In this document: one piece after another, positions 56,725 to 64,000 of the stretch | How positions within the stretch are numbered: the first letter of the stretch is position 1 | How the letters are laid out: each line of letters begins with the position of its first letter | Assembly (NCBI GenBank): GCA_045599305.1 | Contig: JAZRVU010000103.1 | Coordinates: 173 to 64,172 of the forward strand | Direction: 5' to 3' | Origin: Acutalibacteraceae bacterium | Lineage (GTDB): Bacteria > Bacillota > Clostridia > Oscillospirales > Acutalibacteraceae | DNA: 64,000 bases | Notes under the pieces: generated by a model | Database searches by the model: none | Told to the model about the DNA's origin: nothing | The model's input: only the letters and a program-made list of their open reading frames with translations | Position numbers and translations under genes: made by a program

Positions 56725-57400
56725 GCTGTGCCTCCACCCGCACCCGCGTCCCGTTACGCGACACGGCGGCGGGATCGTCGATCAGCCAGTCTCCGGGCTC
56801 TACCCCCTTGCTGATCCATACGCCTTCGGACAGTTCATCCGCCACCGTCACGTCCGCACGCAATGCGCGGCCGTTTTTCAGTAAATAGACGTATTCCCGC
56901 CCGTCATCGTCTGCCATGAGCGCCTCATACGGGATGATGACCCCGTCGGCGCTGCCCACGCAGATGCCGGCACGGGCCGACAACCCACATTTCAGGGAGG
57001 CGTCTGCGGCATCCAGACCAATCACGGCGTCCACCACCGTGCTGCCGGCCGGATTCTGATAGGCCGCGGCCCCCAACGCCACCACCGTGCCGGTGTAGGA
57101 GGCCGCCGAAAAAGCGGCGCCGGTCACCGTGACCCGCTGTCCCACCGCCACCTGACGAAGCCGTCCCTCCGGCACGGCGACACGCACCTGCACCTTCGTT
57201 TTCCCGTTGGCCGAAACGGCCTGTACCGCCGCCGTGGCCGCCTCTACCCTACCGCTCGCCTGCACCGTCTGCTCCACGTGCTGTGTGGCCACACGGGTGA
57301 CCGTTACCTGCGGTACATTGCTGCCCGCCGCCCGGCCGATGAGCCACGCCGCCAGCGACAGCACCGCCGTGACCGCCGTGAGCCAAATGTATTTTTTCAT
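56717..57400 (-). CDS. HlyD/MacA-like periplasmic adaptor (short, membrane-anchored)
   Basis: N-terminal TM (KKYIWLTAVTAVLSLAAWL) and beta-barrel-type C-terminus (...IPYEALMADDDGREYVYLLKNGRALRADVTV...); overlaps the FtsX-type permease start. Confidence 0.65.
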   Translation of the reverse strand: MKKYIWLTAVTAVLSLAAWLIGRAAGSNVPQVTVTRVATQHVEQTVQASGRVEAATAAVQAVSANGKTKVQVRVAVPEGRLRQVAVGQRVTVTGAAFSAASYTGTVVALGAAAYQNPAGSTVVDAVIGLDAADASLKCGLSARAGICVGSADGVIIPYEALMADDDGREYVYLLKNGRALRADVTVADELSEGVWISKGVEPGDWLIDDPAAVSRNGTRVRVEAQHG

Positions 57401-57498
57401 CTGCCCGCCCTCTTTCACATTCGTCGCTTTAGTATTCGACTAAAGGCACCGAATATCCCCCAAAAGAAAAAGCGGCGCACACTTTCGATCGGATAAAT

Positions 57499-57532
57499 GC
57501 AAAAAAACTGCCCCGGCGGGCAGCTTTTTTGC
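57499..57532. terminator. Bidirectional terminator
   Basis: GCAAAAAAACTGCCC-cggc-GGGCAGCTTTTTTGC. Confidence 0.7.
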
Positions 57533-57541
57533 ATTTTACAA

Positions 57542-58294
57542 TTACAGAGTGCGGTCACGGTGCATATATTCCGTCGGGGTCATGCCCGTCGCCGCCTTGA
57601 ACATACGCCTAAAAAACGACGCCGAACAGAAATTCAGCCGCTCACAAATCGCGTCCTCGGTGTATCCGTCCCGCAGCAGAAAAGCGGCTTTCCGGATGCG
57701 GACGGCATTTTTATATTGGATGGGCGTCTGCCCCGTCTGCTGCTTGAACACGCTGTAAAAGCGCGACTCGGACAGATGGCACAGCCTCGCCAGCGCTTCG
57801 ACGCGGATATTCTCCGTGCAATGCGCGTGCAGGTATTCAATGGCGGGATCGACACTGCCCGGCTCCCGCTGCACCTCTCCGCCCAGCCGTTCTTCACAGA
57901 CGGCGAGCAGTGCAAAGCAGCACGCCAGCCCGCCCAGGTGCGACGGCCCCTCCAGCGCTTTATCCAACTGCACAAAGCGTTCGGTCAGATCATCACACGG
58001 CACCGCCCGCACCCCGCCGCCGCGGATATGCAGCAAGTCGGGCGAAAACTCCAGAACATAAAACGCCGCGCCGCTCTCCCCCTGCCAGCGCAGTTCATAG
58101 GGGGTATCGGGCGGAATGTAGATCAGGGTGTCGGGGCCGCAGGATCGTTCCTCCCCTCCGCCGATCACGCAGCTGCCCGCCATGAGCCAGCGCAGCTGCG
58201 CGAAGCCGAAGCCGCGCTCAGTTTTGCAGATATGGCCGTCATCGACGGTGTGATGATCAAGTTCACAGCGCTCCCAAACCGTTTCCTGCGGCAT
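57542..58294 (-). CDS. AraC family transcriptional regulator
   Basis: C-terminal HLSESRFYSVFKQQTGQTPIQYKNAVRIRKAAFLL...EDAICERLNFCSASFFRRMFKAATGMTPTEY. Start moved to ATG 58294 (GGGAGTGA SD). Confidence 0.85.
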   Translation of the reverse strand: MPQETVWERCELDHHTVDDGHICKTERGFGFAQLRWLMAGSCVIGGGEERSCGPDTLIYIPPDTPYELRWQGESGAAFYVLEFSPDLLHIRGGGVRAVPCDDLTERFVQLDKALEGPSHLGGLACCFALLAVCEERLGGEVQREPGSVDPAIEYLHAHCTENIRVEALARLCHLSESRFYSVFKQQTGQTPIQYKNAVRIRKAAFLLRDGYTEDAICERLNFCSASFFRRMFKAATGMTPTEYMHRDRTL

Positions 58295-58410
58295 GCGTAT
58301 CACTCCCATATGTCAGTAGGATCGTGTCCCCCGCAAGACAGTATACCATCTTGTTTTTTACCTGTCAATCCCGTATCCGGCTGCTGACGCGGGAGCCTGC
58401 AATTTGTCTC

Positions 58411-58439
58411 TTGACAATTCGGTCACAACGTGATATGCT
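58411..58439 (+). promoter_or_regulatory. Promoter of the thrS T-box leader
   Basis: TTGACA, 17 nt, TATGCT. Confidence 0.65.
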
Positions 58440-58445
58440 GATACC

Positions 58446-58694
58446 AAACGTTGATGGGGACGGGAATCGCCGTCGGTCCGGCCAAAGAGAGTGCTGTCAT
58501 CGGCTGAAAGCAGCGCAGGGATCAGGACACGATCACCCCTACCACCCCGGAGCTCGCACCAAAACGGCACCGCCCTCATGGTGTGACGGCTGACCTCGTT
58601 ACCGGTCGCTTGAGGGCGGTACTGCCGCCGAATCAAGGGTGGAACCACGTGGAATTTTGCCGCGTCCCTTACGGGATGCGGCTTTTTTATTTTC
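58446..58694 (+). promoter_or_regulatory. T-box riboswitch leader (threonine-specific by context)
   Basis: AGAGAG stem-I motif (~58487). Conserved T-box sequence AATCAAGGGTGGAACCACGTGG (58631-58652). Terminator GCCGCGTCCC-ttac-GGGATGCGGC + TTTTTTATTTT (58659-58694). Candidate specifier ACC-A at 58541-58544. Confidence 0.85.
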
Positions 58695-58710
58695 AAAAGG
58701 AGTGACTATC

Positions 58711-60648
58711 ATGCTGAACATCACCTTAAAAGGCGGCGACGTGAAAGCGGTGGCGGAGAACACCACCATCGACGCGCTCTGCCGCGAAATTTCCATGGGA
58801 CTGTACCGCAACGCCTGCGCCGCGCGGCTGAACGGCAAGGTCGTTGACCTGCGCACCGCGCTGACCGCCGACGGCGAACTGGAGATCCTCACCTTCACCG
58901 ATCCCGACGGCGCATGGGCCTACCGCCACACCGCTTCGCATATTCTGGCACAGGCGGTGCGTCATCTCTTCCCCGAGGTGAAGTTGGCCATCGGCCCGGC
59001 GGTGGACAACGGTTTCTATTACGACTTTGACCGCGAGACCCCCTTCACCCCCGAAGACCTCACCAAGATCGAGGACGAGATGCGTGCCATCGCCAAGCAG
59101 GCGCTGCCCATCGAAGCGTTTGAACTTTCGGTGGACGAGGCGCGCGCGCTGATGAAGGACGAGCCCTACAAACTGGAACTGATCGAGGAGCACGCCGGCA
59201 AGGGCGAGACGATCAAATTCTACCGTCAGGGCGATTTCACCGATCTGTGCGCCGGCCCGCACCTGCCGGATACCGGCTATGTCAAGGCGGTGAAACTCAC
59301 CTCCTGCACCGGTGCCTACTGGCGCGGCAACGAAAAGAACAAAATGCTGCAGCGCATCTACGGCACCGCTTTCCCGAAGAAGAGCGAGCTGGAGGAATAC
59401 CTGCTGCAGGTGGAAGAGGCCAAAAAGCGTGACCACAACAAGCTCGGCCGTGAACTGGAACTGTTCACCACCTCGGACGTGATCGGGCAGGGTCTGCCCA
59501 TCATGCTGCCCAAGGGCGCCCGCATCATCCAGCTGCTGCAGCGCTTTGTGGAGGATGAGGAACAGCGCCGCGGCTGGCAGCTCACCAAGACCCCCTTCAT
59601 GGCCAAGAGTGACCTTTACAAGATCTCCGGCCACTGGGATCATTATCTTGACGGGATGTTCGTGCTGGGTGACCCGGAAAAGGACGACGAGGTCTTTGCG
59701 CTGCGTCCCATGACCTGCCCGTTCCAGTATCAGGCGTATCTCAACCGCGCCCGTTCCTACCGCGACCTGCCGCTGCGCTATAACGAGACCTCCACTCTCT
59801 TCCGCAACGAGGCGAGCGGCGAGATGCACGGCCTCATCCGCGTGCGTCAATTCACCATTTCGGAAGGCCACCTGATGTGCCTGCCCGAACAGTTGGAGGA
59901 GGAGTTCAAGGGCTGTCTGGAACTCGCCATCTTCATGCTCAAGACGCTCGGCCTTTACGAAGACGTGTCCTACCGCTTCTCGCAGTGGGATCCGAATGAC
60001 CGTGCCAAATATATCGGCACCGATGAGCAGTGGGACGAGGCGCAGGGCATGATGAAGCGCATCCTCGACCATCTGGAGATCCCCTACAAGATCGGTATCG
60101 GCGAGGCCGCTTTCTACGGCCCGAAGCTGGACATCCAGATCAAGAACGTCCACGGCAAGGAAGACACCCTTATCACCATCCAGATCGACCAGATGCTGGC
60201 GGAAAAGTTCGGCATGGAATACACCGACCGCGACGGCAGCAAGAAGAACCCCTATATCATCCACCGCACCTCCATCGGCTGCTATGAGCGCACGCTGGCG
60301 CTGCTGATCGAAAAATACGCCGGTGCGTTCCCGATGTGGCTGGCGCCCGAGCAGGTGCGTGTCATGCCCATCACCGACAAGCAGGCCGATTTCGCCAAGT
60401 CGGTGAGCGACCGTCTGCGTGCCGCCGGTCTGCGGGTGGAGACCGATCTGCGCAACGAAAAGATCGGCTACAAGATCCGCGAGGCACAGATGCAGAAGGT
60501 GCCGTATATGCTCGTGGTGGGCGACAAGGAAATGGAACAGAACGGCGTGGCCGTGCGCGCCCGCGGCGAGGGCGACCTGGGCACCATGCCGGTGGAGGAC
60601 TTCCTCGCACGGGCACTCGACGAGGTGGCCACCAAGGTCATCAAGTGA
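58711..60648 (+). CDS. thrS: Threonine--tRNA ligase
   Basis: TGS domain start MLNITLKGGDV...; HTASHILAQAV; class II motifs (...FRNEASGEMHGLIRVRQFT..., ...GEAAFYGPKLD...). Start moved to ATG 58711 (AAGGAG SD). Confidence 0.95.
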   Translation: MLNITLKGGDVKAVAENTTIDALCREISMGLYRNACAARLNGKVVDLRTALTADGELEILTFTDPDGAWAYRHTASHILAQAVRHLFPEVKLAIGPAVDNGFYYDFDRETPFTPEDLTKIEDEMRAIAKQALPIEAFELSVDEARALMKDEPYKLELIEEHAGKGETIKFYRQGDFTDLCAGPHLPDTGYVKAVKLTSCTGAYWRGNEKNKMLQRIYGTAFPKKSELEEYLLQVEEAKKRDHNKLGRELELFTTSDVIGQGLPIMLPKGARIIQLLQRFVEDEEQRRGWQLTKTPFMAKSDLYKISGHWDHYLDGMFVLGDPEKDDEVFALRPMTCPFQYQAYLNRARSYRDLPLRYNETSTLFRNEASGEMHGLIRVRQFTISEGHLMCLPEQLEEEFKGCLELAIFMLKTLGLYEDVSYRFSQWDPNDRAKYIGTDEQWDEAQGMMKRILDHLEIPYKIGIGEAAFYGPKLDIQIKNVHGKEDTLITIQIDQMLAEKFGMEYTDRDGSKKNPYIIHRTSIGCYERTLALLIEKYAGAFPMWLAPEQVRVMPITDKQADFAKSVSDRLRAAGLRVETDLRNEKIGYKIREAQMQKVPYMLVVGDKEMEQNGVAVRARGEGDLGTMPVEDFLARALDEVATKVIK

Positions 60649-60660
60649 CGGAGGTCGGTC

Positions 60661-61578
60661 ATGCTGCACAATGATAAACTGTGGGGGGTCAACCTGCACA
60701 ACCGGGACTACCCCTCCTACCGTCCGAACATGGACGAAGCCATCCGGCTCGCGGCCGAGATGGGCAGCACCGTCTGCCGCTTCGACTACACCCCCGTCAA
60801 TGAGGATATGCTCGCCTACACCCGCGAGGTGATCCGCAAGTGTCACGACCGCGGCATGAAGCTGATGCTGGTCTGCGGCCACCTCTTCAAAACGGAGGAG
60901 CAGATCGCCCAAAGCATCGAGTATATCTCCACCCATCTGGCGGGCGAGGCGGATTTCTTCCAGTTGTTCAATGAGACGGATATCTACTGCTCCCGCACCG
61001 ACGATGGGTTTTACGATATTTCCGACCCGACGGGCATGAGCGACGGCTACTACAACCCCGCCCGTGTGGCAGAGGTGGTGCCGAAGATGAAGCTGGCACT
61101 GGAGATCTTCCGCCGCAACGCGCCGGACGCCCGGCTGATCGTCAATATCGGCTCCCGCCACTTCCCCATGCTCGACCGCTATGTCGAGGCGGGGCTGAAA
61201 TGGGACATCATCGCCTTTGATATCTACGATCTGGCCAAGTGGGATCACCACGCCTTCTTTTGCGATATGGAGGCGCGCTACCCCGGCTATGATTTCATGG
61301 TGGTGGAGTGCAACTATCCCGCCAACGACGGTCCTTTCACCGAGGCGGCACAGGCCGAGTGGGTAGAGTCCTTTGCCCGTATCATGGACGACTACCGTTC
61401 CGAGCGGATGCTGGGTGTCATCTTTTATGAACTGTTCGACCAGCCCAATCTTCAAAAAGGGCGGGAGGGCTGGTATGGCGAGGCACATTTCGGACTGGTA
61501 CACATGGGTGACGATTTCGTCCCCGCACAGCCCAAAGAGTCCTATCGCCGCCTGCAGGCCATGCTGAAAAAAGACTGA
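60661..61578 (+). CDS. Uncharacterised TIM-barrel, clan GH-A-like glycosidase-fold protein co-transcribed with thrS
   Basis: Candidate acid/base LFNETD and nucleophile VVECNY spaced ~115 aa apart, as in clan A glycosidases. GGAGG SD 12 nt after the thrS stop. Family not recognised. Confidence 0.5.
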   Translation: MLHNDKLWGVNLHNRDYPSYRPNMDEAIRLAAEMGSTVCRFDYTPVNEDMLAYTREVIRKCHDRGMKLMLVCGHLFKTEEQIAQSIEYISTHLAGEADFFQLFNETDIYCSRTDDGFYDISDPTGMSDGYYNPARVAEVVPKMKLALEIFRRNAPDARLIVNIGSRHFPMLDRYVEAGLKWDIIAFDIYDLAKWDHHAFFCDMEARYPGYDFMVVECNYPANDGPFTEAAQAEWVESFARIMDDYRSERMLGVIFYELFDQPNLQKGREGWYGEAHFGLVHMGDDFVPAQPKESYRRLQAMLKKD

Positions 61579-61630
61579 CAAAGCAAAACAGCACCGGGTC
61601 AGACGCCGAGTGTTCCAAAGGACACCCGGC

Positions 61631-61790
61631 GAACGATGTGTTCCACTGCGTGGAACGTGATGTGCCTTACGGCGTGATGTTCGTCTGTGACGAGTGATGT
61701 GCGCCTCGACGGCGCGTGAGTGGAACACGTCACATCACTTTGCGGCACAACCGCAAAACATCACTATGGCGAAGCCATAACATCACTAAA
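61631..61790. repeat. Mirror-symmetric array of seven GTGATGT/ACATCAC heptamers, each adjacent to a different short perfect hairpin
   Basis: Top strand: (C)GATGTG 61635, GTGATGT 61657, 61674, 61694. Bottom strand (as ACATCAC): 61732, 61758, 61780. Hairpins: TTCCAC/GTGGAA, GCC/GGC, CGTC/GACG, GCGCC/GGCGC (centre, 61701-61715), CGTG/CACG, TTGCGG/CCGCAA, TATGGC/GCCATA. Confidence 0.7.
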
Positions 61791-61804
61791 CACTTTCAAA
61801 AAGC

Positions 61805-61847
61805 AAAAAACAGACTGATATTTTGATTTATCAGTCTGTTTTTGTTT
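61805..61847. terminator. Bidirectional terminator shared by the thrS operon and aconitase
   Basis: AAAAAACAGACTGATA-ttttgatt-TATCAGTCTGTTTTTGTTT. Confidence 0.8.
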
Positions 61848-61910
61848 ATAAGTGTGCACTTACTCACCACATAGGTGGCGTTTGTGCTTTAAACGGCTTT
61901 TTATGTCCGC

Positions 61911-63845
61911 TTATTTATTCTGTTCGCGTGTGTAGTCCAGCAGGCCGCCCGCCAGCAGCATGGCGATCTGCCGCTCGGAGAAGGAGGCGTTGAGCGGGTA
62001 TTCCTCGCCGGTGGTCTCATTTTTCAGCGTCACGGCCTCGCCCGCGGCGATACGGCGGCGCACATCCGGCAGACAGAGGGTGTCGCCCAGCGAAATGCGG
62101 TCATAGTCCGCTTCGTTTTGGAATGTGAGCGGGAGGATGCCGGCATTGATGAGGTTGGCCACGTGGATGCGGGCAAACGACTTCACGACGACCGCCTTGA
62201 TCCCCAGATAGAGCGGCGCGAGCGCGGCATGCTCACGCGAGCTGCCCTGCCCGTAATTGGCGCCGCCCACAATGATGCCGGCACCGGCCGCCTTGCAGCG
62301 GGCGGGGAACTCCGGATCGCAGCGCACGAAGCAATGCTCCGAAATGGCGGGGATGTTGGAGCGCAGCGGCAGGATCTTGGCACCGGCGGGCATGATGTGA
62401 TCGGTGGTGATGTTGTCCCCCACCTTCAAAAGCACGTCCGCACGGATGGTGTCGGCCAGCGGCGCGGTGGCGGGGAACGGCTTGATGTTCGGGCCGCGCA
62501 GGATCTCCACCTTGTCCATATCCTCCACCGGTGCGGGCGGGAGGATCATGTTATCGTTGATGAGGAAATGTGCCGGCAGGGACACCGCAGGGGCGTTACC
62601 CATGGTGCGCGGATCGGTGAAGACACCGGTCAACGCGGACACCGCCGCCGTTTCGGGGCTGACAAGGTAGACCTGCCCGTCCGCCGTACCGGAGCGGCCC
62701 TCGAAATTGCGGTTGAAGGTGCGCAGCGACACACCCGCCGAATTGGGCGACTGACCCATGCCGATGCAGGGGCCGCAGGCGCATTCCAGCACACGGGCGC
62801 CCGCGGCGATGATATCCGCCAGCGCACCGCATTCGGCCAGCATATTATACACCTGTTTGGAGCCGGGCGCGATGGCGAGGCTCACATCCGGATGCACGGT
62901 TTTGCCCTTGAGGATGGCGGCGACCTTCAGCATATCCGAAAGGGACGAGTTGGTGCAGGAGCCGATGCAGCACTGATCCACCTTTTTGCCCGCGAGCGAC
63001 GCGACCGGCTTCACATTGTCGGGCGAATGGGGGCAGGCGGCCAGCGGCTCCAGCGAGGACAGGTCGATGGTGACCACCTCGTCATACACAGCGTCCGCAT
63101 CCGCCGAAAGGGCGACCCAGTCGGCCTCGCGCCCCTGTGCCGCCATGAACGCACGGGTGACCTCGTCGGAGGGGAACACCGAGGTGGAAGCGCCCAACTC
63201 GGCACCCATATTGGTGATGGTGGCACGCTCCGGCACCGAGAGGGTCTTGACCCCTTCGCCGCCGTATTCGATGATCTTGCCCACGCCGCCCTTCACAGAC
63301 AGACGGCGCAGCACCTCCAGAATGATGTCCTTCGCGGCGACCCACGGACGCAGTGCGCCGGTGAGTTCCACCCGCACCATTTTGGGATAGGTGATGTAAT
63401 AGGTGCCGCCGCCCATGGCCACGGCCACGTCCAGACCGCCCGCGCCGAACGCCAGCATACCGATGCCGCCGCCGGTGGGGGTGTGGCTGTCGGAGCCGAT
63501 CAGCGTTTTGCCGGGGATACCGAACCGCTCCAGATGCACCTGATGGCAGATGCCGTTGCCGGGACGGGAGAAGAAAAGCCCGTGCTTTTTGCACACCGAC
63601 TGGATGTAGCGGTGGTCGTCCGCGTTTTCGAAGCCGGTCTGCAGGGTGTTATGGTCGATATAGGCCACCGAAAGCTCCGTTCTGACACGGGGCACCCCCA
63701 TCGCCTCAAACTCCAGATACGCCATCGTGCCGGTGGCGTCCTGTGTCAGCGTCTGGTCGATGCGCAGCCCGATCTCGCTGCCGGCAGTCATTTCGCCGCA
63801 GACAAGGTGCGACGCGATCAGTTTTTGTGCAATGGTGTAGCCCAT
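61911..63845 (-). CDS. Aconitate hydratase (644-aa clostridial-type aconitase)
   Basis: MGYTIAQKLIASHL...IDQTLTQDATG...; Fe-S ligand contexts GSDSHT, IGSCTN, CGPCIG; swivel domain ...GANYGQGSSREHAA. Confidence 0.9.
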   Translation of the reverse strand: MGYTIAQKLIASHLVCGEMTAGSEIGLRIDQTLTQDATGTMAYLEFEAMGVPRVRTELSVAYIDHNTLQTGFENADDHRYIQSVCKKHGLFFSRPGNGICHQVHLERFGIPGKTLIGSDSHTPTGGGIGMLAFGAGGLDVAVAMGGGTYYITYPKMVRVELTGALRPWVAAKDIILEVLRRLSVKGGVGKIIEYGGEGVKTLSVPERATITNMGAELGASTSVFPSDEVTRAFMAAQGREADWVALSADADAVYDEVVTIDLSSLEPLAACPHSPDNVKPVASLAGKKVDQCCIGSCTNSSLSDMLKVAAILKGKTVHPDVSLAIAPGSKQVYNMLAECGALADIIAAGARVLECACGPCIGMGQSPNSAGVSLRTFNRNFEGRSGTADGQVYLVSPETAAVSALTGVFTDPRTMGNAPAVSLPAHFLINDNMILPPAPVEDMDKVEILRGPNIKPFPATAPLADTIRADVLLKVGDNITTDHIMPAGAKILPLRSNIPAISEHCFVRCDPEFPARCKAAGAGIIVGGANYGQGSSREHAALAPLYLGIKAVVVKSFARIHVANLINAGILPLTFQNEADYDRISLGDTLCLPDVRRRIAAGEAVTLKNETTGEEYPLNASFSERQIAMLLAGGLLDYTREQNK

Positions 63846-63876
63846 GGGGATCCCTCCGAAAAATCAATATATCCAT

Positions 63877-63905
63877 ATTATACTCAAAACGCCGCCGTTT
63901 GTAAA
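63877..63905 (-). promoter_or_regulatory. Promoter of the aconitase gene
   Basis: Reverse strand: TTTACA, 17 nt, TATAAT, ~30 nt upstream of the GGAGGGA SD. Confidence 0.55.
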
Positions 63906-64000
63906 GCCCCGCCGGGCAATTTTTCGCAGTAAAGCACAATCATAACCACCGGCAAAGCCGGTGGTTTGCTCTGCGGCTGTAAGCCGCTGATGCTGGCGGG

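Noticed and set aside
58726-61728. 1000-aa minus-strand ORF
   Set aside because: It lies antisense to thrS and the downstream TIM-barrel gene. The composition is typical of high-GC shadow frames, whereas thrS on the plus strand is unambiguous.
61631-61790. CRISPR array or omega-type (WATCACW) heptad operator as an explanation for the heptamer array
   Set aside because: The repeats are only 7-8 bp and the intervening segments are 10-19 bp palindromes, so this is not CRISPR. The core ATCAC resembles the pSM19035 omega heptad, but those heptads are contiguous and flanked by A/T. No plasmid partition gene is nearby.
63944-63987. Hairpins AACCACCGGC-aaa-GCCGGTGGTT and GCGGCT-gta-AGCCGC at the right edge as a terminator
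   Set aside because: Neither hairpin is followed by a T-tract on either strand, and the upstream gene lies outside the window, so it cannot be called.

Overview
GC-rich chromosomal segment from a spore-forming Clostridia-type Firmicute. Supporting evidence: a spoIIAA-spoIIAB-sigF operon, spoIVB, a T-box leader, Gram-positive SD sites, and one dockerin-bearing enzyme. I call about 50 protein genes, one tRNA-Leu(CAG) and one T-box riboswitch, plus many clean intrinsic terminators and TTGACA-17-TATAAT-type promoters. Housekeeping content includes folC, rpsF-ssb-rpsR, deoC-deoD-deoB-cdd, metF/metH with a separate activation-domain protein, thrS and aconitase. Seven glycan-active genes are scattered among these (GH95, GH78, GH63-like, GH28-like, SGNH esterase, clan GH-A-like, and a 1578-aa GH55-like dockerin protein). 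An MBOAT/DHHW surface-acylation module and a Crp/Fnr-linked ABC importer are also present. The most interesting region is 43.0-54.1 kb, an AraC-linked ten-gene carbohydrate locus. It combines a FucI-like isomerase, FGGY and PfkB kinases, a class II aldolase, an IolB-like cupin, a DUF4867-like protein, a GlcD/GlcF-type flavo-FeS dehydrogenase and a compact fused EtfB-EtfA. I cannot map this combination to a described pathway. Non-coding oddities: (1) a mirror-symmetric array of seven GTGATGT heptamers, each paired with a different mini-hairpin (61.63-61.79 kb). (2) A 224-bp inverted-repeat-bounded insert that appears to split a terminator (22.50-22.73 kb). (3) Tandem 21-bp direct repeats at a GH28-like promoter. 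(4) A 22-bp exact repeat 54 kb apart. One real gene (1-1235, minus strand) is missing from the supplied ORF track. Many long ORFs in the track are antisense shadows typical of high-GC DNA. All family calls rest on motif recognition by eye; no searches were run.
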